The notes under the pieces: generated by a model
The model's database searches: none
The model's input: the letters and a program-made list of their open reading frames with translations, nothing else
Told to the model about the DNA's origin: nothing
Shown here: one piece after another, positions 35,888 to 49,499 of the stretch
How the letters are laid out: every line of letters begins with the position of its first letter
Position numbering within the stretch: the first letter of the stretch is position 1
Program-made: the position numbers and the translations under genes
NCBI RefSeq assembly: GCF_009914755.1
Contig: NC_060934.1
Origin: the human T2T-CHM13v2.0 reference genome, Homo sapiens
DNA: 64,000 nt
Reading direction: 5' to 3' (one strand)

Positions 35888-36261
35888 TGCAATGAACCGA
35901 ATGTCTGTGTCCCCCCAAAATCCACAGATTGAAATCCCAACCCCCAAGGTTGGTGTTGGGAGGTGAGGATGTGGGGAGAGGATTAGGCCACGGGGATGGA
36001 GCCGCATGGATGGGCTCAGCGCTCTTCTAAAAGGCACCCAGTGAGCAGTTCTCTTGCCCTCTCCCACCGCCCCACCCCCCGCGAGGACACAGGGAGAAGG
36101 TGGCTCTCCGCAACCCAGAAGAGGCCCTCACCAGAATCCAACCCTGCTGGCACCCTGACCTCAGACCTCCAGCTTCCAGAACTGTGAGAAAGGGATGTCC
36201 GTGGTTTAGAAGCCACCCAGCCTGTGGGACTTTGTGAGAGTGCCCCCAACAGACTCCAACA
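35888..36261 (+). mobile_element. MLT1A-type MaLR solo LTR
   Basis: gaatgtctgtgtccccccaaaat..ccctcaccagaatcc..tgctggcacc..ccagaactgtgagaaa..aagccacccag. Confidence 0.85.
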
Positions 36262-38065
36262 CCGTTAAAATGGTCAATGGCAACTTTTACACATGATAAT
36301 AAATAATTGAGCATGACATCAACTTTGAACATAGCAAAACCTTAAAAAATGTGTAAAACAAGACCCAGAGTGTCATTTTTTCTATCAATATTTGTTGAGA
36401 AACTGCTATGTGCCAGGCCCTGCTGCAGGGGCTGAGACACCCCAGTAAATAAAACCAGACATAAGGGTGGGGTCTGCACCCTCCTGGGGGGCACAGAGGT
36501 GGGGGCAATGAGTCTAGGGAGAGCCTCGAGCAGGGTGAGGAGGAAGGGGCGCTGTGGAGATAGGACCAACGTGGTGCATGGACCAACTGCCGCCCAGGCT
36601 TCCCAGAAGCTGAGTCTGCCATGGAAGTTAATGGAGAAGCTGCCTTTGCTCCACAGCAATGTGGGAATAGAGGGAGGGCCTGGGGGCAGAGGAAGAAGAG
36701 GCAGCCTCAGCAAAGGTCCCAGCCAATCCCCTGGGGAAGTCCAGAGCTGGACAGCCCTTCGGAGTCTTCCAGAATCAGGGCAAGTGGATGAGACCTGGGA
36801 CCCCCAATCTGACCAATCACTGGCTGCAGTCACACCTGTGATGACCAGGCAGTGGCCTGACCTGACAGGAGGGGCACAGGCACATCCACCCAGGGGGAGC
36901 CAGGGCTCAGGCGGCATCCACCCCCCAGACCCTCACAACGGAGTGGGCAGGTGCAGGTGCAGCTCTCCGGCAGGGCAGCAGCAAGGCCCAGGCCTCCAGG
37001 CAGCGACTTTCTTGCCCCCTGCCCATTTTTGCTTTATGTAAGGTGGAGGAGCAGGGTGGGGAGTGGAGGCTGGGGTGGGGAGTGGAGGTTGGGTGGGTCG
37101 GGGTGTGTCCGGGGGTCTCAGTTTCTGAGCACACATTCTTTTAAGGGCTCCTTTTCTTTCTGCTCATGGCTCTTCCTGGCAGGTGCAGGTGTGGGTGCTC
37201 ATGATTCCTATTTTACAGATGAGGAAATTGAGGAGGTTCAAAGTGTTCAGGTCTGTCTCTTGAGCCAGAACGTGCCCCCATCCTCCATCCCTCTGGGAAG
37301 GGCCACTTTGTGGGGCACCCCCAGTTGGTTTATTCTGTGTCTGGAGAAGGGGCCAGGCTGGGGAAAGAGAGACCCTAGGCTGCACAGAGACTCCACTTCT
37401 AGCAACAATCAGAATGATGTGTCTCTGGAATTAGCTTATAGGACACCATCCTCCTCCCAAAAAAAGGGATAATTTAAAAACAGACAAATTTGTCCACGAA
37501 TATTCAGCTCTTGTGCAAACAGCAAACCCGGCCTGCAGACAGGATGTTTTCTATTGTCATCTTAAACATTTCTCAGAACAGGAAACCTGCATGTTTCCAC
37601 GGTCACTCCTGTCCATAATCACAGTGATAATTGTGTTTCTGTAGCTTTTGTAGTTTTCTCCTGCAAACACCTCCCTTTTCTGGGGCTGTTTCTGGTATTC
37701 TGAATTCACCAAGTAAGAATGCCATATGGAAGGTGTAATTTTCACTCAATCACTTTTCAGCCTCTTAAGAACACTGCTTTTTCCCTAATGGTTACTTTTT
37801 CTTGAGAGAAGTTACTTCCCTTTTTTTAAATACATAATTTTCTTTAAAGTGTTCCTGAAACTCATATTGTTTGCCCTTGATTATTTTTTCAAAATGACAC
37901 TGTAATTTTTGTTACCAGAAGGAGGAAAAATGAAATAAACCTGAAATAGGGGATGATGTGTGTGTCAGTATCATGAATGCACATGTGGGCTTATAAATGT
38001 CCTGTCCTGTCAATTAACCACACCCATCCATCCACCCTATACTGGGACTGTCCTGGGAACCTAGA

Positions 38066-38527
38066 GGATGCAGGGCAGGTGAGCCCCAAAACTGGGGCTT
38101 AGCCCAGGAGGGTTCTTGGCTTCAACTAGGAAAGAGTTTGGTGGGGGAGATGGTGGTGTTAGACAGTGACTTCTATTGACACAGCAGGGCACAGCAGCAG
38201 CCAAGGTGCTGCTCCATGCAGAGCGGGGTTACCTGACAGGCACAGTGAGCAGAGCAGCAGCTAAGGGCACTTTTAATTATACATGAATTGAGGGGTGGTT
38301 TATGCAGAAATTTCTTGAAAAAGGGTGGTGACTTCTAGGCCATCAGGTTGATGCCATGGAAAGGGTCAGAAACCCCAGGTGTTGCCACGGCAATGGTGAA
38401 TTGACATGGCACCCTGGTGGGCACGTCTTATAGAAAGCTGCTTCCGCTCATCCCTGTTTTAGCTAGTCCTCAAATTGGTCTGGTGTCTGAGCCCAGGCTC
38501 TAGGGTCGAGTCCTGCCCCCTACCTCA
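38066..38527 (-). mobile_element. MER66-like ERV1 solo LTR
   Basis: gatgcagggcaggtgagccccaaaa..ccctgttttagctagtcctcaa..gtcgagtcctgcc..ctacctca. Confidence 0.75.
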
Positions 38528-38936
38528 CAGGGGGCCTCAGACAGCTCACAGGGAAGGGGTCAAGCCATTGAGTGGCAAGGACCCCCTCCCCCATGCAGAA
38601 CTAGAGTGTGCAGCGCACACCAGAGGGAGCAGCCTTGGGGCAGGTGGGGGGGCAGCTGCAACATTCCAGGTAAAGGCGCATGCGAAGACCCTGAGACCAG
38701 AGGAAGAAGCCACGACCAGCAGCAACCTCAGGACCAGGGCGGAGGGAAGCCCCAGGGGAAATCAGGCAGAAGAAAGGCAGGAAATTCATTTATGTGGAAG
38801 AAGAAGCTAAGGGGTGCTAGTGGACCAGGAAGAAGGAAAGCATCATCCAACCACAGAGAATCAAGAAGCTGGAGAGAACTTTCAGAAGGAGAGTGGACCT
38901 CAGGTCCTTCCCACACACCATTTAAATGGAGCTCCC

Positions 38937-40459
38937 AAAACGACTTTAAAGTTCATATGGAACCAAAAACGAGCCCGCATTGCCAAGACAATTCTAAGCC
39001 AAAAGAACAAAGCTGGAGGCATCACGCTACCTGACTTCAAACTATACTACAAGGCTACAGTAACCAAAACAGCATGGTACTGGTACCAAAACAGAGATAT
39101 AGACCAATGGAACAGAACAGAGGCCTCAGAAATAATACCACACATCTACAACCATCTGATCTTTGACAAACCTGACAAAAACAAGAAATGGGGAAAGGAT
39201 TCCCTATTTAATAAATGGTGCTGGGCAAATTGGCAAGCCATATGTAGAAAGCTGAAACTGGATCCCTTCCTTACACCTTATACAAAAATTAATTCAAGAT
39301 GGATTAAAGACTTAAATGTTAGACCTAAAACCATAAAAACCCTAGAAGAAAACCTAGGCAGTACCATTCAGGACATAGGCATGGGCAAGGACTTCATGGC
39401 TAAAACATGAAAAGCAATGACAACAAAAGTCAAAATTGACAAATGGGATCTAATTAAACTAAAGAGCTTCTGCACAGCAAAAGAAACTACCATCAGAGTG
39501 AACAGGCAATCTACACAATGGAAGAAAATTTTTGCAATCTACTCATCTGACAGAGGGCTAATATCCAGAATCTACAAAGATCTCAAACAAATTTACAAGA
39601 AAAAAACAAACAACCCCATCAACAAGTGGGTAACGGATATGAACAGATACTTCTCAAAAGAAGACATTTATGCAGCCAACAGACACCTGAAAAAATGCTC
39701 ATCATCACTGGCCATCAGAGAAATGCAAATCAAAACCACAATGAGGTACCATCTCACACCAGTTAGAATGGCAATCATTAAAAAGTCAGGAAAAAACAGG
39801 TGCTGGAGAGGATGTGGAGAAATAGGAACACTTTTACACTGTTGGTGGGACTGTAAACTAGTTCAACCATTGTGGAAGACAGTGTGGCGATTCCTCAGGG
39901 ATCTAGAACTAGAAATACCATTTGACCCAGCCATCCCATTACTGGGTATATACCCAAAGGATTATAAATCATGCTGCTATAAAGGCACATGCACATGTAT
40001 GTTTATTGTGGCACTATTCACAATAGCAAAGACTTGGAACCAACCTAAATGTCCAACAATGATAGACTGGATTAAGCAAATGTGGCACATATACACCATG
40101 GAATACTATGCAGCCATAAAAAGGGATGAGTTCATGTCCTTTGTAGGGACATGGATGAAGCTGGAAACCATCATTCTCAGCAAACTATCGCAAGGACAGA
40201 AAACCAAACACCGCATGTTCTCACTCATAGGTGGAAACAGAACAATGAGAACACCTGGACACGGGAAGGGGAACATCACCCACCGGGGCCTGTCATGGGG
40301 CTGGGGGAGGGGGAGGGAAAGCATTAGGAGATATACCTAATGTAAATGACGAGTTATTGGGTACAGCACACCAACATGGCACATGTATACATATGTAACA
40401 AACCTGCACGTTGTGAACATGTACCCTAGAACGTAAAGTGTAATTAAAAATAAATAAAT
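38937..40459 (+). mobile_element. 5'-truncated L1PA (about PA5-6), 1.5 kb; ORF2 C-terminal remnant with a premature stop
   Basis: ORFs 38814-39410 and 39417-40340 give [33 protein letters not shown] (cysteine-rich C-terminus); in-frame TGA at 39408; 3'UTR and A-tail; TSD AAATG(G/C)AGCTCCC at 38924-38936 and 40460-40472. Confidence 0.97.
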
Positions 40460-41431
40460 AAATGCAGCTCCCTAAGTCGGAGCTCCTCAGCGCTGCACTC
40501 ATAGCAGGCTAGGGACTGGAACACTCGCTCTCCGGGGCTGAGAAGCTGCAGTCTGAGCCAGCACCTCCTCATGTTTGCTGAATTTGAAGGTTCCAGAGCT
40601 AACATTTTAAGGATTCCTTAAGAAATGGTGAAGTATGTTTAAGTTTCTGTTAAACTTACTTTTTGCATTGTAAGATGCAATGACGTGGTCTCATGCTGGG
40701 CAGTAGGGAGCTTGGTCATTAAGGAGCTGAAGAGCCAGGCTCCAGCTCCCTAACGAGGGAAGGCATCCCTTGCTGCTGTGGTGTTGGGAGTCCTCAGGGG
40801 TTTTTTTCCCTGCTGAAGATGAAAAGGCCTCCACAATCTCTTTTGATTAAAAGAAACACAAAAAGGAATATTCTTCAGAAAGGAGCAGCGCCGCTATTCG
40901 CTGTGCATGGTGCACAAAATGGGACTGAGGAGGAATCAGCTTTGCGTGGTGGGTGGGTGCAGCCGGTGGAGCGTGAGAAGGTGCCCGGCACGGGGCCTGG
41001 ACACCCAGCAGGACACAGGTGACCCCCTCAGACCCACAGAGCAGAGCCCAGGGCTGCACTCCCGCAGCGTGCCCTGGGGCACCAACCCATTATGTTCCAG
41101 GCACATACTCAGCATTCACCCTTCCTCTCTCTGTCTTCTAATTACCTCTGCTTTTGTCTTCCCTCCCTAGCAAACACCCACTCCTGGAAGCTAGGGCCAG
41201 GTTTGATGCTTCTTCTTCCCTCTCTCTCTCTTTCCCTCTGTCTCTCCCCTCCCTGATACCCTGCTGTTCAGCCCGTGGCCCACTGCTCTCCCCACAGTCT
41301 GTGCTCAAAACAAATGCACCAACAAGTAAAGGTGTGAATGCATGGAAATGGGCACCCCTGCCCTCCACTGTCTCCTTGGAGACCAACCAGGAGGGAACAG
41401 ATGGGGCCTGAAGAGTTCTGTACTAGGCGCA

Positions 41432-41790
41432 TGCACTAGTTTCCTGCACCGCTGTAATGAATTACCAGGAACCAGGTGGCAGAAAGCAGTGCCCATTTAC
41501 TCCTGCATGTCCCTAGAGGCCAGAAGCACTAAGCCAAGTTGGCAGCAGGACCAGGCCCCGGAAGCTCCAGGAAAAGAGCCTTCCTTCCTACCCCTTCCCA
41601 CTTCCAGAGGCTCCCGGTGTTCCCTGGCTTGTGGCTGCATCACTGTAGGCTCTGCCCCTGTGTTCTCAGGGGGCCCTCCTCTGCATCCATGTATCCTAGT
41701 TTCCTGAGCCCTTTCTAAACCCTCTCTCTCCCTCTGGCTGCCACAGACAGTTGCTTACAGGCTGCTGCCCCATCCTGATGGTGAACTCTT
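41432..41790 (-). mobile_element. MLT1C/D-type MaLR LTR fragment
   Basis: tagtttcct..gctgtaa..attacca..gaggccagaag..cttccagaggct..ttccctggcttgtggctgcatcact. Confidence 0.7.
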
Positions 41791-41794
41791 AGAG

Positions 41795-42053
41795 CAGGGG
41801 TGTCCAAGCTTTTGCCTTCCCTGGGCCATGTTGGAAAAAGAAGAATTATCTTGGGCCACACATACAATATATTAACACTAACAATAGCTGATGAGAAAAA
41901 AAAAAAGAAGAAGAAAGAAAAGAAAGAAAGAAAAAGAAAGAAAGTCACAAAAAAACTCATAATATTTTAAGAAATTTATGAATTTGTTTTGGGCCACATT
42001 AAAAGCCATCCTGGGCCACATGCAGCCCAAGGACAATGGGTTTGACAAGCTTG
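41795..42053 (+). mobile_element. MER30 (hAT-Charlie MITE) with expanded internal A-rich tract
   Basis: caggggtgtccaa..ccctgggcca..ttgggccacacat..gccatcctgggccacatgcagccc..gacaagcttg; degenerate 8-bp TSD tcttagag/tcttcaag. Confidence 0.88.
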
Positions 42054-42169
42054 TCTTCAAGGATGAGACACCCCCATGCTTTCGCCCATACCCACCCCAA
42101 TTCCGAAGCCTGGCCTGAGCAAGCATGTTGAGATCAACAATCCAGAAATGCTAGGAGCTCAGCTTTTAA

Positions 42170-45060
42170 AAATCTGAAATTTTTAAAACTTCAAACAAAC
42201 AAAACCCTCCAGACCCAGATGGTTTTGCTGGATGAGTCTACCAATTGTTTAAAGAAGAATTAACATCAATTCCACACCATCTTTTCCGGAAAATATTGGA
42301 GAATGGAACACTTCCCAAATGTTCTGTAATACCACTACCCTGATTTGTAAAAAGATGAAACAGCACCCCAAAAATTACAGATAATATCTTCATCAACTTA
42401 AACATAAAAATTGTTATCAAAATAAATTCAACAATGTGTGAAAAGGATTACGCGTCATGACCAAGGGGGAATCATTTCAGGCATGCAAGGCTGGTTCAAT
42501 GTTTGAAATGTAATCCACTGTGCAACAAGTCAAAGAAGAAAATTCATACGATCATTATCAATTGATGCACAAAAAACATTTGGCAAATTTAACATTCATT
42601 CATGATTTTACAAAGTTCACCAAGTTAGGGATAAGGCAGAATTAACTCAAAGAATATGAGTAAAAATAGACCTACATCTAATGTCATACTCAATGGTGAA
42701 AGACTGAAAGCCATCCTCCTAAGAGCAATAACAAAGCAAAGAGTCCCCTCACTGCTTTCATACTGTATCCCACTGGAGGTTTGAGCCACAGCAATAAGGC
42801 AAGAATGGGAGGGGCAGGCAGAGAGGGAGGAAGAAAATGAATGTTTTAAATACAGAGTAGAAAGGAAGAAATGCAGCTATCTCTCTTTGCAGATGACATG
42901 GTTTCCATGTAGAAAACCTCAAGGAGTCTACCAAAAACAAACAAACAAAAACTCTTAGAACTGAACTGAGTTCAGTAAGGCCACGGGATACAAGATAAAC
43001 ATACACAAATCAATTGTATTTCTATACATAAGCAACAAATACATAAACATTGAAATTAACAGCAGTACCATTGACCATTGCTCTAAACCTGAAATCCTTA
43101 GGCGTAAATCCGTGAACTGATGTACACACTTGTCTGCTGTGATAAAAGAAAAACCTCAGCCAAATTAAATTTAAAGGAGTTTAATTGAGCTACGAATGAT
43201 TTGTGGGTCGGGCAGCCCCCAGAATCCCAGCAGATTCACAGAGACTCCAATGCAGCCACATGGTGGAAGATTTATAGACAAAAAAAAAAAAAAATAGAAA
43301 AAAAAAGGAAATGATGTACAAAAATCAGAAGTGTGAGGTACAGAACAGCTGGATTGGTTACAGCTCAGCATTTGCCTTATTTGAACACAATCTGAACACT
43401 CAGCGGTGTATGAGTGGTTGAAGTACACCTGCTGGGATTGGCCAAGACTCAGCTCATGCTGAGACTCAATATGCATTACAGGTGCATACTCCTAAGTTAG
43501 GTTTTCAGTCTTGTCTACCTATTAAGCTAGGTTGCAGTTCATCCACAAAGACTCAAATATAAAAGTACAGAGTCCTTTTCAGACCATATTTAGTTCACTT
43601 TAACAGCTGAAAACCACAAAATATGTATGGAGGAATTCAGAGTAGATCTAAACAAGTGGAGAGACATGCTATGTTTAGAGGTTGAAAGACTGCATATAGT
43701 AAACACGTCAACTCTCTCCAAACTGATAAACCAATTTAACACAAACCTCATAAAAATCACAGCAAGATTTTTTGTAGATATAAACATGTTAATTTAAGTA
43801 GATATATATTTTAAAAAGGAACAAAAATAGCAAAAAACAATTTTGAATACAGGATGAATTGGGAGGAACCAGTCTATCCAATTTCAAGACTTACTATACA
43901 GCTACAGCCATCAAGACTTGGCAGTGTTGTCAGAGGAACAGACTAATGGAACAAAATGGAAAACTCAGAAATGGACCCACTAGTATATGTCCAACTGATT
44001 TTTGTCAAAGGCACCAAGGCAATACAACAGAGGAAAGACAGAGTCTCAACCGATGATGCTGGAGCAACTGAACACCCGCAGGCCAACACCGGAAGAGTCT
44101 CCACTGAAGTCCTGTGCTTAACACAAAATTTAACTGAAAATACCTCATGGACTTAAATGTAAAATGTAAAACCACAAAATGTTTCCAGGAAGCTTCAGAG
44201 AAAATCTTCAAGATCCAGGGCTAGACAAAGAGTTCTTAGACTTGACATTGAAATCACAATTCATAAAAGAAATCATTGATTGAATTTGACTGCTGGAAAA
44301 TCAAAAGTTTTTGCTCTGAGAAAGACTCCATTAAGAGGATGAAAAGACACACTACACACTAGGAGAAAATATTTGCAAACCACATATACAACAAATGACT
44401 ATTATCCAACATAGATAAAGAACTCTCAAAACTCAGCAATGTAAAAACAAATTGTTTAATGAGAAGATAGGCACCAGACATGAACAGTCTACCAAGGAAG
44501 ATGGAACCCAGAGCAAGAAGCTCTGTAGCTTCTGTTTCTACAGAGCAAAAAGCTCTGTAGCGAAGAAGCACAGGAAAAGAGGATCAATATCAGTGGCTGT
44601 CAGGGACATGCAAAGTCAAAATCACAATATGGTACCAGCTATTGGAATGGCTAAGACACTATCAAATGCTGACAGGGAGGCGGAGAGGCTGATGCCTATT
44701 GCTGGTAGTTATGTAAAATGGTAGAGCTGCTCAGAAAACAGGCAAATAAGAAATTGGAGTTTCTTACTAAACTCCAATTATCACATGGCCTAACAATTAT
44801 ACTGTTGGGCATTTGTCCCAGAAAAATAAAAAGTTTTGCTCACACGAAAACCTGGACATGAACCTCCACAGCACCTTTATTGGTAATAGGCAAAACCTGG
44901 AATCTGCCCAGATACCATTCACTCACGGACAAGCGGTTAAAGAAACTTGCGGTGCACACACACCTGCAAACTCCTCAGCAATAAAAACGAACCAACTCTT
45001 CCTACACAAAATTTTGGATGAATCTGCAGAAATTATGCTGAGCAACAAAAGCCAATTCAA
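42170..45060 (+). mobile_element. Old L1M (L1MB/MC-like) ORF2 to 3' region, degraded, interrupted by MER57
   Basis: cccagatggtttt..atgcaaggctggttcaa..tttgcagatgacatg (FADD RT motif)..ttcaagacttactata..ggagaaaatatttgcaaa. Confidence 0.9.
43140..43605 (-). mobile_element. MER57A-type ERV1 solo LTR nested in the L1
   Basis: aaattaaatttaaaggagtttaattgagc..gactcaaatata..catatttagttcactttaaca; TSD GCTG at 43136-43139 and 43606-43609. Confidence 0.85.
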
Positions 45061-45074
45061 AAACATTCATAATA

Positions 45075-45726
45075 ATAAAGCAAACACATTGAATATCACA
45101 CAGTCCCTGTGGGTCAGGAGTCCCTGTTCGAGCTACCTCGGTCCTCTTCTCAGGGCCTCGCCAGGCTGAGGCTTGTGGGGAGGGGACTGATTGCTGTGTT
45201 CCTGCTCTTAGGAGGGACACGTTTGGTCTTTCACCACTGACCAGGGTGTCAGATGTGCCTGCTGGGCAGCCCTCTCATCTAAGGCTCAGGGGTCTTCTAA
45301 GATAATTCAGGTTGTTGACATAATTCCATTTCCAGCGACCACCACTCTCTTGGTGGTTGTGTTCTGGGGCCGTGCTCAGCTCTTGGAGTTTTTGCCCTGT
45401 GCCCCCCACCAGGGACAGTTCCCAACATATGGCTGACACGTTTTTAAAAGACCAGCTGGAAAACTTTAGCTTTAAGGGCTCACTTGGTTAGATGAGTCCT
45501 ACAAGGATAATCTCCCTTTTGATTAACTAAAAGCCAACGGATTAGAAACCTTAATCACATCTGCAAGATCCCATCTTCTTTTCCACTGAACATCACCTAA
45601 TCATGAGAATGCCATTCTGTCATATTCACAGGGTCTCCCACTCTCAAGGGGAGGGGTTTTCAAAGCATCCGCCCTGGGGTGGAACCGGGGAGAATCCCCG
45701 GGCCACCTTGGGCCCCCGCCACCGCA
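45075..45726 (-). mobile_element. MLT1E-type MaLR LTR
   Basis: tcacacagtccctgtgggtcaggagtcc..ggataatctcccttttgattaact..ccttaatcacatctgcaa..catattcacagg. Confidence 0.7.
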
Positions 45727-46334
45727 TGTGTGTCTGTATGAATGCACACCGGGCTCTCCCTGCAACTTTGCTTTTCACATGGTCTTTCTCCTCTGAGAAA
45801 CATGCCTCCTACAGCCCTCAGAGTGCAGCAGCACAGGAAGCAGATGCCCAGTGGCAGAGACAGGCACTGAGATCTCCAAACTCAGCCTCATTAGCACCAA
45901 ACTGATGAAAACTGTTAACAGAGACCTTTCAGAGCTTGAAAGGCAGATCTCAGAGTCTCGTGAGACTTTTCAAAATGGTCTCTGGCAAGAAGGGAAACAG
46001 AGACCCTCACCCCTTGAGGGCCAGAAGCCCCTCTTGACTGGCCCCCTGGGAATGCTTCGTCTTTGAGGGTTCAAGGCTGATGTTTGCACATCGTCTGGGG
46101 ACCCACAGGGCACTGCCTCCCTTGCACAGCCTGACCTCAAGCTGAGAACACTGGAAGTGTTTTTCAGAAAAGACTGCAGCCAAGAGGCCACTGCCAGGAG
46201 TTGCTGGTCCTGGTTCCCTGGGAAGGGATGTGGCCTTTTCTTCCTAGGAACAGAGATGGGCCAGGGATCCAACTTCCCCACTGATGATCTGAGCCAAACG
46301 CAGTGGACTTCCCACTTAGAAGGACACATCAAGA

Positions 46335-46769
<435 letters not shown>

Positions 46770-47273
46770 CTAGGGGGCTCCTGACAGCTCTTTGCTGGCC
46801 ATCGGCTCATGGCATCAAGACACTGGCAGGTCATCGTGTTTGGCTTCCAGAGTTCACTTAATCAAAGAGCTCTTGGAGATCACCCCTTTCTCCTCACTGA
46901 TAAATCACTCCTCTATGAAGACATTAAGCAAGAAAACATCCACCATTTAGAGATCAATGAAAGTCGAACAGGGTCTGAGATGAGGCTCAGGGACTTTCCC
47001 TGAAGACCCAGTGGCCGCAGCACAGGGGACCACAGGAGCTTCGTGCCATTCTGTGAAAGACACAGACCACACTTCCATGTAAGCAAATTGCTTCTTTAAA
47101 AGCTTGCTAATCAGACAGAAGCTGTGGGTTTATCTCTTTGATGCTCTTTGAAACTGAATTTGAAACTGAGATGCACATTCATCCATGTCAACAAACGTGT
47201 TTACCCGCCTGGGCTGCTTTTTGCTCTAGGAAATAAAAATCCTTCATGTTGTGTCCTAGTTGCTGTTGGTGGT

Positions 47274-47677
47274 TGCATTAGTCAGCTCGGACTACCACCA
47301 AAATACGATAGACTAGAGGCTTAAATGACAGAAGTTTATTTCTCACAGTTCTGGAAGAGGCAGGTTCTACTCTTGGTTGCAGGCAGCCACCTTCTCACCA
47401 TGTGCTCCCAGACCTTGCTCTGTGTGCATGAGGGAGGCAAGGGAGAGAGAGGGAGAGCAAGGCGGGGGGTGGAGAAAGAGAGAGAGGGGGGAGAGAAAAA
47501 GAGACAGAGAATGCTTTGGTGTCTCTTTTCATAAGAAGCCCAGTCCCATGGTTAGGGCCCCTCCCTCATGAGCTCATCTAACCCCAATCACCTCCCAAAG
47601 GCCCCATCTCCAAATACCATCACACTGGGGATCAGGGATTCAATATGTGTTTTGTGGGACACATTTATTCCATAACA
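47274..47677 (-). mobile_element. MLT1A-type MaLR solo LTR
   Basis: acagaagtttatttctcacagttctgga..cacctcccaaaggccccatctccaaataccatcacactgggg; TSD gtggt/gtgat. Confidence 0.82.
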
Positions 47678-47860
47678 GTGATGGTGGCTGTTGGTGCTTT
47701 GTTTTGCTTTTCCTATGAGAAGATAAAATTCAGTGGAAACTTGGGAAGGCAGGAAACTTGTCTGTCTTGTTTACCTCTTGCTTGATACCTATCTGGTCCT
47801 ACAATAGCACCTGGTCCATAGCAGGTATTTGATAAGTATGTGAAGGAAATCAAGGAGTGC

Positions 47861-48158
47861 ATGATTGGATGGATGGATGGATGGATGGATGGATGGATGG
47901 ATGGATGGATTGACGGATGGCTGGATGATGGGATGGGTGAGTGAATGGATGAGTGGATGGATGCATGATGGATGGATGGAAGGATGGATGGATGGATGGA
48001 TAGGTGATGGGATGGGTGAGTGAATGGATGGATGGAAGGAAGGATGGATGGATGGATGGATGGATGGATGGATGGATGGATGGATGGATGAATGGATGAA
48101 TGATGGGATGGGTGAGTGAATGGATGAGTGGATGGATGGATGGATGGATGGATGGACA
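47861..48158 (+). repeat. (TGGA)n compound microsatellite following a probable L2 3' end
   Basis: Long ggat/tgga tracts; about 47740-47850 (tgtcttgttt..agcacctgg..catagcaggta) resembles an L2 end. Confidence 0.92.
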
Positions 48159-49499
48159 GATGAAAGTTCTCATCTCCATCTTAATGTAGAATGTGATGCT
48201 TTTTGCCTAATAACCAGGCAGGCCTTGACAGCTTCTCTAAATTCTCACCTTCCTTCACCCAGGAACCTGAAGCACGACTATGGATTTGGTGTTTGGTTTT
48301 TCCCCTAAGACTGTGCAAATTGTGGCCTCCCTCTGGGCCTCAGCCTCTTCCTCATTATCTGGGAGCGAGTGAGCTGCCCTTACAGGATGCCCAGTGTGGT
48401 GGCTGCTGCTCTCTGTGAGCCTGCCGCAAACAGCTCAGCCAGGTAGTGCTGAGCCAGCACACTCAGTGCTGACTCCACAGGCTTCCTGAGGGACCACATC
48501 AGAGCTCACGACTGCCCTCTGCTTTGCAAGCTTATTCCCAGGCACCACAGCCCCCCACCCCATTCTCCCCTGAGATGTGGCACACAGCAGAGCTGTGCCT
48601 TCTGACCTTGAGGGAAGCGAGTTTGCTCCCTCTAACCCCACCTTGGGGATGGGGACGAGGCCTAGAAGCTGATGATCAGCAGCCCCCACCCAAGGAACCC
48701 AGGAAGCACCGCAGGAGGACACCATGGGTTTATGAGCTCATGAGGTACATGGGTTTATGAGCTCATCAGGTGAACATTTTAGGGCCACTGAAGCTCCACT
48801 CTCCACTCTGCTCTGTGACTGCAGGGAGGCAAATCCAGGTGGAGGTCATGCTTCTAATCCTCCCTGTCGATGCTTACAGCCTCCTGGGCAGCACAGTCCC
48901 AGCAGCAGAGCCAGAGGACTCCCTATATAGGTCATGGCACCATCCCCCAAAACTTAACTTAGCGTCTTCCTTGCCAGGCTGGGCAGATCCTCCAATGAAG
49001 CCCTTCGTGTTACTGGAGTGAATCTAATCTCCTCCTTTAAGAGGACTTGTTTGCTGAAGAAGGGAAAAGGGGCAGAGAGTTTGCAGGCACACATTCTGCT
49101 GTTTGGCACACAGCTGGGAATTGAGCTGAGGCACCCATGGGGGAGGGAAGGGGCTGCATGGAAATGGGAGGATCTGCTCTTCCTCAGTCCCTGCCTTGGG
49201 CTGGGGTTGCTTTTAAACAAGCACCCACACGTCTATCATGTACTTCTACACATGTGCACACACAGACACACACATGCATACTCACTGCTACTAGGGGCCA
49301 GGTCATGGTTAGCTGTGTGGTCCCAGGATGACAAGTTCTGGCTCCCATTCTCCAAGAGCATCACCACCCAACAAGGGAAGCAGATAGGCAAATGGCCACA
49401 TGCAACGTGGTCTGTGCAGAGAATCACAGCCCAGAGCCGAGAGAGGCAGAGTGGAGGCAGGTCCCCTTCACACTGTATTCTTGTTCTTTAAGATGAGTA

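Noticed and set aside
38814-40340. 198-aa and 307-aa ORFs as a host gene or active L1
   Set aside because: C-terminal L1 ORF2 remnant, 5'-truncated, with a premature stop and without the endonuclease or RT core
48723-48772. 25-bp tandem duplication containing the ATGAGCTCAT palindrome
   Set aside because: Ordinary two-copy slippage duplication with no further signal
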